The notes: generated by a model not told the origin, from the letters alone. A stretch of 64,000 nucleotides of DNA from Clostridiales bacterium (GCA_024691085.1 JAILNX010000011.1:27301-91300), one strand, 5' to 3'; counted from the first letter of the stretch, positions 54,576-63,879 are shown. Translations and numbers: made by a program.

Positions 54576-56102
54576 TCACTTTTTTGCTATCTTTTCGGCA
54601 AGTCTTTCGGCGGCTTCGTCGAAATGTCTAAGCGCGTCCTCCTCGGGACCGCAGAACTCCGCGAACGCGGCTTTCCCGATAACGGCTTCGGCTCCGTCTC
54701 CCCTGCCGCCCGCGATGATCGCGACGGGAACACGCGCGGCTTCGGCGCGTCTTAAAACCTCGCCTACCGCCTTGCCCGAAAGCGTAGTGGAGTCGATCCT
54801 GCCCTCGCCGGTGATGACGACCGCGGCGTCGCGGAGCTTCTCGTCAAACTCGACGATATCGAGTATCGCGCCTGCTCCCGCCTTGTATTCCGCGTTGAAG
54901 AGCGCCATCAGCATCGCGCCCATTCCGCCCGCGGCGCCCGCTCCCTGTTCGGAGCAGACAGGTCTTCCGGCGTATGCGTTGAGCACACTTTCCATGTTCT
55001 TCATGCCCGTCTCGAGCGCGTCGAGCGTTTCGCCGTTTGCGCCCTTCTGAGGCCCGAAGGTGTACGTCGCGCCGTCCGGCCCCGTGAGCGGATTTGTCAC
55101 GTCGCAGACGACGGTGATCTTTGCTTTTTTAACGAGCGGATCGATCCCCGAAGCGTCGACAGAGCGAACGAGCTCCATCTCGGAAGCGAGCTTCGCCTCT
55201 TCTCCGTCCCCCTTAATGAACTTCGCGCCAAGCGCCCTTGCCAAGCCGATCCCGCAGTCGTTCGTCGCGGATCCGCCGAGGCAGACGAATATGTTCTTAA
55301 CGCCCTCGTGCGCCGCTCTTAAGATAAGCTCGCCGGTGCCGGTGCTTGCGGCCTTCATGGGATCGAGCTCAATGCCTTCCGAGATCGCAAGTCCGCTTGC
55401 GAGCGCGGATTCGATGACTGCCTTGTCGCCGTCGATGACTAGGTATTCCGCGTGAACGGTCTGCCCGTACGGAGCGGTAACGTCCATTCCGCGGCGCATG
55501 GCAAATACTGCGCTCTCAACGGCTTTGAGCGTGCCGTCGCCGCCGTCCGCAACGGGAACGGCGATAAGGTTCTTTTCGGGGCAGTGTTTTCTGAACGCGC
55601 GTCTTAAATGAAGTATTGCCTCGTCCTGCGGGATCGTCCCCTTGAAGCTGTTCGGAGCGAGTATCACGGAGCCTTTTTGAGAGAAGCTCTTCCTCTCCTC
55701 CGCCGCAGCCTTGAACGAGAGCTCTCTGCCGCTGCCGCCCGAAAGGGAGCCGTCCTCGCCTATCACGCCGAAGAACTCGAGCCCTTCGAAGTTTCTTACG
55801 ACGTTGTTCTGAACGAACGGGATCCTGCTGTCGGAATAGCTCCTTAACACGGCGTCGCCGTTGAGCTTGTGGTAGACGTTCCTCATGAACTTCATCTTGC
55901 CGTTCATGAACACGACGGTATAAACGCCGTTCGAGTCGGCCGCGTCGATCTTCGCAAGTCCTCCGTACATATGGAGCCCGGCGACGTCGGACGCCGAAAG
56001 CGTCTTCGTGATCTCGCCGAGAATGAACGATACGTCGTCCTCCGTGTACCCGTCCTTGAGAAAATCGAATCTCATGCCAAGAGCAAACTTCAGAATGTTC
56101 AT
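54576..56102 (-). CDS. glxK: glycerate kinase with ~145-aa N-terminal extension of unknown function
   Basis: I moved the start to ATG 56102 (AAAGGAA upstream, 2 nt after the preceding stop). Residues ~146-508 carry the glycerate kinase blocks (VILAPNSFKGT.., PVADGGDGT, ..GGSATNDCG.., ITGEGRID.T..GK). Residues 1-145 match nothing I recognise. Confidence 0.8.
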   Translation of the reverse strand: MNILKFALGMRFDFLKDGYTEDDVSFILGEITKTLSASDVAGLHMYGGLAKIDAADSNGVYTVVFMNGKMKFMRNVYHKLNGDAVLRSYSDSRIPFVQNNVVRNFEGLEFFGVIGEDGSLSGGSGRELSFKAAAEERKSFSQKGSVILAPNSFKGTIPQDEAILHLRRAFRKHCPEKNLIAVPVADGGDGTLKAVESAVFAMRRGMDVTAPYGQTVHAEYLVIDGDKAVIESALASGLAISEGIELDPMKAASTGTGELILRAAHEGVKNIFVCLGGSATNDCGIGLARALGAKFIKGDGEEAKLASEMELVRSVDASGIDPLVKKAKITVVCDVTNPLTGPDGATYTFGPQKGANGETLDALETGMKNMESVLNAYAGRPVCSEQGAGAAGGMGAMLMALFNAEYKAGAGAILDIVEFDEKLRDAAVVITGEGRIDSTTLSGKAVGEVLRRAEAARVPVAIIAGGRGDGAEAVIGKAAFAEFCGPEEDALRHFDEAAERLAEKIAKK

Positions 56103-56104
56103 AA

Positions 56105-58321
56105 TTATTCCTTTCGACAAATGAATGCGCCGTGAGTATGATCGATCAGCGCTCTGTCCCCAAACTGTAAATCCCCTTTTATGATCGCGGTGCTTAATGC
56201 GCCCTCGATAAGCAATGAAACGAGCCTGTCGGCTTCGGACGCGGAGCCCATGCATCTGTCCGCGACCCCGTCGACCGCGCTTTCGGTCACCGAAAGCTTT
56301 ATGTTCTTTTTCTCCGCCCTCTTTGAAGCAGCGGCGACTGACGCCTTTACGATCCTTATTATCGCGTCCCTGCCGAGCTTAGCAAACGGTATCACCGCGT
56401 CAAACAGCGAAGCGAGCTTTTCGGGTATGATGTCCCCGGTAAGCTCCGAAGGTCTTGCTTCGGACGAACCGTCCGTAAAGCCGATGCCCCGTTTTTTATC
56501 CTCTTCATCGGCGATAACTATAACCACCGCGCTCCGGAAGCTGACCGTCCTGCCCTTTCCGTCAGCCGCGGCGCCCTTTGAAAGGATCTCCGTCAGCAGA
56601 TCGATCAAAATCTGTTCGGCGTGGGAAACGGAGGTGAAAACGATCACGGAAAAGGGATGGAGCCTTAAATAATCGCTCAGTATACCGCCCTTTTCGGAGT
56701 CCTTATATCCCGCGGGAAAGCCCATCAGCCGGCATACCGCCGACTCGTCCGCGAACTCCGAGCAGTTGACGGTGAGCATCGATCCGCCGAAGGCTTCCTT
56801 CGAAAGAGTCCTTGCGAGCAGCTTCCTTCCCGTTCCCGGCCTCCCGAGAAACACGAACGAAGCGAACGGCTTTTCGGGATCGGAAAGCCCCGCGCCGGCT
56901 CTTCTCAACACGGAGGAGACGGTCACAAGCGCTTCGTCCTGACCGAATACGGTCTCGGAAAGCTTTTTTTCAAGATCAAGGAACACGTTTTTCCCGTTAA
57001 CGACGCCTTCGTCGACGCCCGTCCTCTCGGATACGATCGCGGCAACGGCCTCACGCGTGACGGCGGGCGTTTCCCCGTCCTCGACGCAGGAAAGCCTTAC
57101 CCTCGCGCAAGCCTCGTCCATAAGGTCGATAGCCTTATCCGGAAGGTACCTGTCCGCAAAGAACTTTACGGAGAGATCGACCGCAGCGTCGACCGTCTCA
57201 TCCGGTATCACAACGCCGTGATGCGCCGCGTATCTGTCCCTTAATCCCTTGAGGATCGCCTTTGCATGATCGGGAGAGGGCTCGGCGACAAGTATGGGCG
57301 TGAACCTTCTTTCGAGCGCGGCGTCCTTTTCGATATAGGCGCGGTACTCCGCGGCGGTCGTTGCGCCGATTACGCGAAGCTCGCCCCTCGAGAGCGCGGG
57401 CTTCATAATATTCGCGGCGTCGATAGAGCCTTCGCCCGCTCCGGCGCCGACGATCGTATGGATCTCGTCGATGAACAGGATAACGTTCGGATCGGAGGAG
57501 GCTTCGTCCATAAGCGCTTTGAGCCTTTCCTCGAATTCGCCGCGGAACTTCGTTCCCGCTATCATGGCGGAAAGATCGAGCGACATGATCCTTAAGCCCT
57601 TAAGCGGATCGGGGATCGAACCTTCAGCGATCCTTATCGCGATGCCTTCCGCTATCGCGGATTTGCCCACACCGGGCTCGCCTATGAGGACGGGATTGTT
57701 CTTCGTTCTTCTGGAAAGCGTCTGCAGTACGCGCGCGATCTCGGCGTCCCTGCCGATAACGGGATCGAGTCTCCCCTCATGCGCAAGGCGTGTAAGGTCG
57801 CGCGAGTAGGTCTCGAGAACAGGCGAAGCGCCGCCTGCGAAAAAGCCCCGCCTTACGGGCAGCTCGTCGTCCTGCCCGTCATCGATATCGCCGTCCGTGC
57901 CGTACAGCACGGCTTCCCTTACCCTTTCCGTATTCCCGGAAAGCGATTCGATTATCCTTGCGCCCAAGCAGTCCCTTTCCCTTATAATGGAAAGGAGTAT
58001 GTGTGAGGTATCGATAAGCTCCGATCCCGACGACTTCGCTTCGTAAAGGGAAAGCTCAAGTATGCGCTTGACCGACTGCGTATAACCGAAGCTGTCGGTG
58101 AATACGCTTCTGCCGCGTCCGACCACCGTGTCGATAAACGGAGCGGCGTCGTCGGCGTTTACACCGCACGAAACGAGTACGAGCGACGTCCTGTCGCCGC
58201 ACTTAATAAGCCCCATGAGCAGATGCTCGCTGCCCACGAAGTCGTGACCGAATGATTTTGCGGCCTCCTGCGCCTTTTTAAGCGAGGTCACCGCATGCTC
58301 TGTATACCTTGAAAGATCCAT
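56105..58321 (-). CDS. ClpC/ClpA-family AAA+ protein, paralog with intact D1 and degenerate D2
   Basis: 738 aa. It has Clp_N repeats (..GSEHLLMGLI.., ..TSHILLSII..), D1 Walker A GEPGVGKS and D1 Walker B ILFIDEIH. The D2 Walker A position reads GRPGTGRK and the D2 Walker B position reads VIVFTSVSHAE. Confidence 0.8.
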   Translation of the reverse strand: MDLSRYTEHAVTSLKKAQEAAKSFGHDFVGSEHLLMGLIKCGDRTSLVLVSCGVNADDAAPFIDTVVGRGRSVFTDSFGYTQSVKRILELSLYEAKSSGSELIDTSHILLSIIRERDCLGARIIESLSGNTERVREAVLYGTDGDIDDGQDDELPVRRGFFAGGASPVLETYSRDLTRLAHEGRLDPVIGRDAEIARVLQTLSRRTKNNPVLIGEPGVGKSAIAEGIAIRIAEGSIPDPLKGLRIMSLDLSAMIAGTKFRGEFEERLKALMDEASSDPNVILFIDEIHTIVGAGAGEGSIDAANIMKPALSRGELRVIGATTAAEYRAYIEKDAALERRFTPILVAEPSPDHAKAILKGLRDRYAAHHGVVIPDETVDAAVDLSVKFFADRYLPDKAIDLMDEACARVRLSCVEDGETPAVTREAVAAIVSERTGVDEGVVNGKNVFLDLEKKLSETVFGQDEALVTVSSVLRRAGAGLSDPEKPFASFVFLGRPGTGRKLLARTLSKEAFGGSMLTVNCSEFADESAVCRLMGFPAGYKDSEKGGILSDYLRLHPFSVIVFTSVSHAEQILIDLLTEILSKGAAADGKGRTVSFRSAVVIVIADEEDKKRGIGFTDGSSEARPSELTGDIIPEKLASLFDAVIPFAKLGRDAIIRIVKASVAAASKRAEKKNIKLSVTESAVDGVADRCMGSASEADRLVSLLIEGALSTAIIKGDLQFGDRALIDHTHGAFICRKE

Positions 58322-58337
58322 CGATCCTCCTTAGGAA

Positions 58338-58670
58338 CTAACCCGGAGGCCACTCCATGCTTCTTCCGCCCAACAGGTGCATATGCAGATGCTTCACGCT
58401 CTGTCCGCCGTCCTCGCCCGTATTGATGACCATACGGAATCCGTTCGCGTCGATCCCCTTGTCTTTCGCGATCTTCTTGGCGATCTCGCTCATCTTGCCG
58501 ACGACTTCGGCGGGAGCGTCGATCACGGAATCGTAATGCTTCTTGGGGATAATGAGGATATGCGTGGGAGCCTGCGGATCGATGTCCCTGAAGGCGAGGA
58601 TATCGTCATCCTCGTATACCTTGTTCGAGGGAATCTCACCGGCGATTATCCGACAAAAGAGACAGTTCAC
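58338..58670 (-). CDS. HIT family (histidine triad) nucleotide hydrolase
   Basis: 110 aa. It starts MNCLFCRIIAGEIPS.. and has the histidine triad HLHMHLLGG. Confidence 0.93.
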   Translation of the reverse strand: MNCLFCRIIAGEIPSNKVYEDDDILAFRDIDPQAPTHILIIPKKHYDSVIDAPAEVVGKMSEIAKKIAKDKGIDANGFRMVINTGEDGGQSVKHLHMHLLGGRSMEWPPG

Positions 58671-59952
58671 CGTTTTTATCCTCCGTTATGCTTTTGATTT
58701 TTACGTCTATGAGCTCGTTCGGTTCGCCGCGCTCCGTAAGCACCCTCACGTAGCTGTCGGTAAATCCGAACGCAAGTCCGTACTTCTGTTTCGTTTCGAC
58801 GAGCACCTTCTCGTCCCTTCCCAAAAACCGTTTAAGGAAGTCGAGCTCAAGCTCATGCCCAAGGGCGATGAGTTCCTTCGCGCGCTCGGATTTTTCGTTG
58901 TTGGTAAGCTGACCGGGAAGCCTGTCCGCGACCGTTCCGCTTCGCCTCGAATACGGGAAAACGTGCGCCCTCGCAAAGCCTATCCGCCGCATGAAATCCA
59001 TCGTTTCCCTGTGCTCCTGAAGCGTTTCGCCCGCGAAGCCCGCGATTATGTCGGTCGTTATCGCGACCCTGTCGGAGTCCTTCCCGTAGGCGCTCCTTAT
59101 TGAATCGACGATTGCCGCGTACTCGTCCGCAGTGTAGCCGCGACGCATCCTTTCGAGCACCGTCGTGCTTCCGCTCTGGAGCGAGAGGTGGAACTGCCTG
59201 CACACGCGCGGGTCCGACGCGATCCTGCCGATGAGCTTATCCGTGATCCCGTGCGGTTCAAGCGAGCCGAAGCGGAGCCTCTTTATGCCGTCGAGCCCGT
59301 CAAGACAGTCGAGCACGTCGGTCAGATCGACGCCGCCTATGTCCTTTCCGTAATCGGTAAGATGGATGCCCGTGAGCACGACCTCGACGAAGCCCCTGTC
59401 GTTCAGCTTTTCAAGCTCGCTGCGAACGGAATCTATGCTGCGGCTCCTTATCCTGCCCCTTGCGTATGGTATCGCGCAGTAGGTGCAGAAGCGGCTGCAG
59501 CCGTCCTGTATCTTCAAAAAGGCTCTCGTGCGGCCTTCGGAAACGGCGCTCATCTCGTCGAAGGTCTTCTCGCGCATGATATCGCCTACGGAAGAAGCGC
59601 TCTCCCTTCCCTCCGAGATCTCGCCGACTATATCGGCGATCCTGCTCTTTTCGTTATTGCCGACGACCGCGCGCACGCCGGGAAGCGCCCTCGCCGCATC
59701 CGGCTCCCTCTGCGACCAGCAGCCGGTGACGATGACCGCGGCGCCTGGGTTCAGCTTTAAGCACTTCGAAATCATCTGGCGCGACTTGCGGTCTGCGATA
59801 TTCGTGACGGAGCAGGTGTTGACAATGAAGATATCGGCGGTCTCACCCTCGGGAACGACGTCAAAGCCGCGGCTCCTTATGAGTCCGGCCATTGCGTCCG
59901 ATTCGTAGCTGTTGACCTTACAGCCGAGGGTGATGATCGATACCTTCATCAT
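58636..59952 (-). CDS. mtaB: tRNA (t6A37) methylthiotransferase MtaB (radical SAM)
   Basis: 438 aa with an N-terminal UPF0004 Cys pattern (..TLGCKVN.., NTCSVT, GC), radical-SAM CSRFCTYC and a C-terminal TRAM-like region. The prmA-rsmE-mtaB order is as in Bacillus. Confidence 0.88.
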   Translation of the reverse strand: MMKVSIITLGCKVNSYESDAMAGLIRSRGFDVVPEGETADIFIVNTCSVTNIADRKSRQMISKCLKLNPGAAVIVTGCWSQREPDAARALPGVRAVVGNNEKSRIADIVGEISEGRESASSVGDIMREKTFDEMSAVSEGRTRAFLKIQDGCSRFCTYCAIPYARGRIRSRSIDSVRSELEKLNDRGFVEVVLTGIHLTDYGKDIGGVDLTDVLDCLDGLDGIKRLRFGSLEPHGITDKLIGRIASDPRVCRQFHLSLQSGSTTVLERMRRGYTADEYAAIVDSIRSAYGKDSDRVAITTDIIAGFAGETLQEHRETMDFMRRIGFARAHVFPYSRRSGTVADRLPGQLTNNEKSERAKELIALGHELELDFLKRFLGRDEKVLVETKQKYGLAFGFTDSYVRVLTERGEPNELIDVKIKSITEDKNGELSLLSDNRR

Positions 59953-60671
59953 TGTTCAAGCTCATACATGATCTGCGCAAGCGCGGCCATTCCGGCGGTC
60001 TCAGTGCGCAGGATCCTCTTCCCGAGCGATACGGATACCGCTCCTTTTTCTATAAGTTCTTCGGCCTCCGAAGGCGTAAATCCTCCCTCCGGGCCTATAA
60101 CCACGGCGGCGGAACGGAGATCCCCCGCCGCTTTAAGCGCCTGCTTTAACGTCCTATCCCCTTCGTTTTCATAAGCGAAAAGGACGATGTCGAACTCCGA
60201 TGGATCGAGGGAAGAAAGCTTCGCGGGAGCCTTTACCTCGGGGACGTTCGCCCTGCCGCACTGCTTCGCCGCCTCGACCGAGACCTTGTTCCAGCGCTGA
60301 AGTTTCGAATCCTTTCCGTCGAGCTTCACGACGCAGCGGTCGGATACGGTCGGAACTACGGCGTACACGCCGAGCTCGACGCATTTCTGTATTATGACCT
60401 CCATCTTGCCCTGTTTTGGGAGGCATTGGAAGAGGGTGACGAGTACGTTTGGATCCGCCTCGCAAGCGCCCTTTTCGATAATATCGAGCTCGACCGAATC
60501 GCCGGTGACCGACGAAATGACCGACCTGAATTCAGCGCCGGAGCCGTCGATCAGCAGCACCTCGTCCCCCGGCTTCATGCGTAGCACGTTCTTTATGTGC
60601 CGCGCTTCGTCGCAGGTTAAGACGGCCTTATCGCCCGACGCGTTTATGTTTTGGGCAAAGAAGCGTCTCAT
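59949..60671 (-). CDS. rsmE: 16S rRNA (uracil1498-N3)-methyltransferase
   Basis: 240 aa. It starts MRRFF.. and has a SPOUT-type C-terminus ..IGPEGGFT..E......G...VSLG.RILR.ETA. Confidence 0.9.
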   Translation of the reverse strand: MRRFFAQNINASGDKAVLTCDEARHIKNVLRMKPGDEVLLIDGSGAEFRSVISSVTGDSVELDIIEKGACEADPNVLVTLFQCLPKQGKMEVIIQKCVELGVYAVVPTVSDRCVVKLDGKDSKLQRWNKVSVEAAKQCGRANVPEVKAPAKLSSLDPSEFDIVLFAYENEGDRTLKQALKAAGDLRSAAVVIGPEGGFTPSEAEELIEKGAVSVSLGKRILRTETAGMAALAQIMYELEQ

Positions 60672-61639
60672 TTTAAAGTCGCCTCGATCGCGCGCCAGTC
60701 GTCGCCCACGCGGATCTCGTTCACCTTAAGTCCGTTCTCCTCAAGAGCCGCGACGACGTCATCGAGCCTGTCGTCGATTATGCCGGACGAGATGAATACG
60801 GAATCCCTGTGCATGAGCTTCGGAACGAGCGGAGCGAGCGCGATGATGACGTTCGCGACGATGTTGGCGAGCACGACGTCGAACTTCTTTTTCGTGACCG
60901 CCTCGCGTATCTGCTTGTCGGTGAGTACGTCGCCCGTGTACACCGTGTATTTCATAAGGTCAATGCCGTTCAGCTCCGCCGTTTCCGCGGCAACCTTCGT
61001 CGCGACCGGATCGACGTCGATGGCTACGGCGTCCTCTGCGCCCATCAAAACGGCAGACGCGGAGAGAATTCCGCTGCCGCAGCCGATGTCGATGACGCTC
61101 GCGCCTTTTTTCATGTATTTTTCGATAAGCTCGAGGCACATTCTGGTGGTGTGATGATTGCCCGTTCCGAAGGCCATGCCGGGATCGATCCTCAATACCG
61201 CGCGGTCTCCCGTGTCCTCCGCCTTCTCCCACGTCGGGCAGACGATAAGCTTATCGCCTACGGAGATGGGCTTGAAATACGCCTTCCAGTTGTTTGCCCA
61301 GTCCTCCTCGTCGACCTCTTTTGTTTCGACGGCAAGCGTGCCGAGGTCTATCCCGATCTCGGGCTCGATGGTCTTGAGCTCCGCCATGGAAGCTCTCACC
61401 TTTTCCTCTATGCCGTCGTTTTCGGGCACTATCGCGAGATATGCCTGCACCGCCGGTTTCTTGTCGAGAGCGGCGTCGTCGGCGTAGTCCCAATACTTTA
61501 CGGTCTCGTTCATTATTCGCTCGACCGCGTCATGCCCCTGGACGACGCTCACCTCGTTGATGCCGAGCATCGAGAGCCTTGCCGCAACGATATCCGCGCC
61601 TTCATCGGTCGTTGAAACGGTCAGTTCGAGCCACTTCAT
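60668..61639 (-). CDS. prmA: ribosomal protein L11 methyltransferase
   Basis: I moved the start to ATG 61639 (GGAGGA 7 nt upstream). The 323-aa product starts MKWLELTV.. and has the SAM motif DIGCGSGILS and GTGNHHTT. Confidence 0.92.
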   Translation of the reverse strand: MKWLELTVSTTDEGADIVAARLSMLGINEVSVVQGHDAVERIMNETVKYWDYADDAALDKKPAVQAYLAIVPENDGIEEKVRASMAELKTIEPEIGIDLGTLAVETKEVDEEDWANNWKAYFKPISVGDKLIVCPTWEKAEDTGDRAVLRIDPGMAFGTGNHHTTRMCLELIEKYMKKGASVIDIGCGSGILSASAVLMGAEDAVAIDVDPVATKVAAETAELNGIDLMKYTVYTGDVLTDKQIREAVTKKKFDVVLANIVANVIIALAPLVPKLMHRDSVFISSGIIDDRLDDVVAALEENGLKVNEIRVGDDWRAIEATLK

Positions 61640-61783
61640 AGCCTGTCCTCCGGTCAAACATAATACTGCTTTATAACTTTATAATTATAACACACGGGCG
61701 CGCTTTTGAAAAGAGCAATCATTTTTCAAACTCATCAATAATAAAATCAAATAGCCGAAAATTAAAAAGGAGCAATATGATTT

Positions 61784-63262
61784 ATGGAACTTAGCTGGAA
61801 AGAGATAAACGCCGAAAGGCTGGTTCAGCGTCAAAGGACGCAGGTCAAGGTCTCGGGCGAGCTTCCTTCCCCCGACGGGAGGATACCCGAAACGATACTG
61901 GGACGCGGAGCGAAGGTCGTCGTCGAGACCGCATCCGTCGAGAACGATACGGTAAGACTGAAAGGCAGCGTCATCGCGAACGTGATCGCCGAGGACGCGA
62001 ACGGGGAGACGATCTCATATGAATCGAAAGCGGCCTTCGATCACAGTCTGAAGATCGACGGCGCCTGTCCCGGCATGACGGCGCAGGCCTCCGCCGCGAT
62101 ACAGTCGTTCAGCATAAGACCTTCGGAGAGCGGCGCGTTTATGGACGCGGACGTCGACCTTGACGTGCTTATCTCAACGGCCGTTCCCATGAAGGTCACG
62201 GGCGGCATCAACGGCATTGACGATCTTGAGATCAACAGTATGCCGGTAAGCTTAAGAAGGCGTTCGAAGCTCGGGCACGACAGGCTCCGCATGCGCGAGG
62301 AGCTTGCGGCTGACGGCGTATCCTCCGTGCTGTCCTCGGAAGGCCAGATAACCGTGCGCGACGTTTCCGTGGACCAGGGCTCGGTCTCGATAAGCGGCGT
62401 TATTACCGTCTCGGCAGTCACCGTCGATAAAAACGGACATCTTTCCCAGCTGATCCGCCAGATACCATTCAGAGAGCGGGTGAACATGGACTCCGACGCC
62501 GACGAGGTTTACTGCGAAGCTTCGCTCATGTCCCTGTATCTCAACGCTCTCGGCGAGGATTTTGCGCTTATTTCGATGGACGCCGACGTTTCGTTCGAAC
62601 TTTACGGCTTATCCCCCTGCGGTTTCGAGATACCTGTCGACGCGTACTCGCCGACAGTCGGATTCGACTGTCTCTGCGAGGAAATGCTCATTCTCGAGAG
62701 CCACGGGATCGGCACGAGCCAGACGACCATCAAGGAGACCGTGCCCCTCCCCGAGGACGCAGCAGAGCTTGCCTCGCCGCTCTTTGCATCCGCAGTGCCG
62801 GTGATCACCTCGGTCGACTTTACGGGCGCAGGCATGACTGTAAGCGGCGTATTGCTGACTTCTGTCACTTACGAAAGCACGGCGGGAAAGAAATACACCT
62901 TTAGCGAGGACGTCCCGTTCGAGACATCGACCGACAGCGGCTTCACGGCAAATATGCCCATGATCGCGCCGAGCGCCGTATGCTCCGTTACGGGCACGGG
63001 CGACCGCAGCGTACAGCTGACGTATAATCTCGTGCTGGATACGGAGTATCTCAATACGATTAAGAGCAGCGCGGTCGTCGGGCTCGCCGAGAAGGAGCTT
63101 CCGGCAAGGATGAGCGGGATAGTGATATGCTTCGCGTCGGAGGGCGAGACGGAATACGACGTCGCTAAGAGATACTCCGTTCCCCGCGCCGATATCCGAA
63201 GGCTTAACCCGGACGCCGTTTCCCCGTTCAAAGAGGGCGAAAAGCTGATACTGATGGTATGA
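61784..63262 (+). CDS. SipL/SpoVID-like sporulation protein candidate: beta-rich repeat region (DUF3794/SPOCS-like) + C-terminal LysM
   Basis: 492 aa. Repeated segments of the type ..V.V.G.V...V.Y.. run through most of the length. The C-terminal 45 aa (..YDVAKRYSVPRADIRRLNPDAVSPFKEGEKLIL) look like a LysM domain. The family call is an inference. Confidence 0.5.
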   Translation: MELSWKEINAERLVQRQRTQVKVSGELPSPDGRIPETILGRGAKVVVETASVENDTVRLKGSVIANVIAEDANGETISYESKAAFDHSLKIDGACPGMTAQASAAIQSFSIRPSESGAFMDADVDLDVLISTAVPMKVTGGINGIDDLEINSMPVSLRRRSKLGHDRLRMREELAADGVSSVLSSEGQITVRDVSVDQGSVSISGVITVSAVTVDKNGHLSQLIRQIPFRERVNMDSDADEVYCEASLMSLYLNALGEDFALISMDADVSFELYGLSPCGFEIPVDAYSPTVGFDCLCEEMLILESHGIGTSQTTIKETVPLPEDAAELASPLFASAVPVITSVDFTGAGMTVSGVLLTSVTYESTAGKKYTFSEDVPFETSTDSGFTANMPMIAPSAVCSVTGTGDRSVQLTYNLVLDTEYLNTIKSSAVVGLAEKELPARMSGIVICFASEGETEYDVAKRYSVPRADIRRLNPDAVSPFKEGEKLILMV

Positions 63263-63274
63263 ATAATAAAAAGA

Positions 63275-63307
63275 GATCCCGGACCGAGAGGCCCGGGATT
63301 TTTTATT
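63275..63307. terminator. bidirectional rho-independent terminator
   Basis: atcccgg (63276-63282) / ccgggat (63293-63299) with additional inner pairs. It is followed by ttttttatt and preceded by aaaaagag. Confidence 0.75.
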
Positions 63308-63310
63308 CAA

Positions 63311-63790
63311 TTATCTGTTAAGTATGAAGACCGCAAGGTTCAGATACCCGGCGAAAAGAAGCCAGATGATATAGGGGAACTGCAGATTTCCTGCGAGCGT
63401 ATCGACCTTTTTGAACTTTCCGGTCATCACGACTACGAGGCCCAGGAGTATCAGAAGCCACACGAATGCGACGAGCCTGAGCTCCAGCTGGAAGAATATC
63501 GGCGTCCACAGCGCGTTTACGAGAAGCTGCACGGCATAGATTATAAGCGCAGGCTTTGTATCGATAGTATTTGCAAGATACACTCTCGCTGCGGAGATGC
63601 CCATCAGCGTGTAAAGCGCCGTCCATACCACCGGGAACAGCCAGCCGGGCGGAGAGAGCGGCGGCTGCTTAAGCTCGGCAAACTCCTTCATTCCGCTCAT
63701 GCTGACCAATCCGGATAAAGCTCCGACAACAAGTGCCAGGCCAATGCTTACAACATATACCCATACGTCGTTTGTTTTTCTTTTAGTCAA
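63311..63790 (-). CDS. tspO: TspO/MBR family tryptophan-rich sensory protein
   Basis: 159 aa with five TM helices and ..PPLSPPGWLFPVVWTALYTLMGISA.. and ..WTPIFF.. signature blocks. Confidence 0.9.
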   Translation of the reverse strand: MTKRKTNDVWVYVVSIGLALVVGALSGLVSMSGMKEFAELKQPPLSPPGWLFPVVWTALYTLMGISAARVYLANTIDTKPALIIYAVQLLVNALWTPIFFQLELRLVAFVWLLILLGLVVVMTGKFKKVDTLAGNLQFPYIIWLLFAGYLNLAVFILNR

Positions 63791-63850
63791 TCAAATCACC
63801 TCCATATAACAACAATAATATTATATATGCTTGATTTCGTAAAATTATGC

Positions 63851-63879
63851 TTGCAATTGAGAGAATTGTGTGTTAGAAT
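63851..63879 (+). promoter_or_regulatory. sigma-A-type promoter for rpmB
   Basis: TTGCAA (63851-63856), 17-nt spacer ending tgt, TAGAAT (63874-63879). Confidence 0.65.

Noticed and set aside
60809-61615. 268-aa plus-strand ORF inside prmA
   Set aside because: It is an antisense shadow. prmA motifs (DIGCGSGILS, GTGNHHTT) lie on the minus strand.
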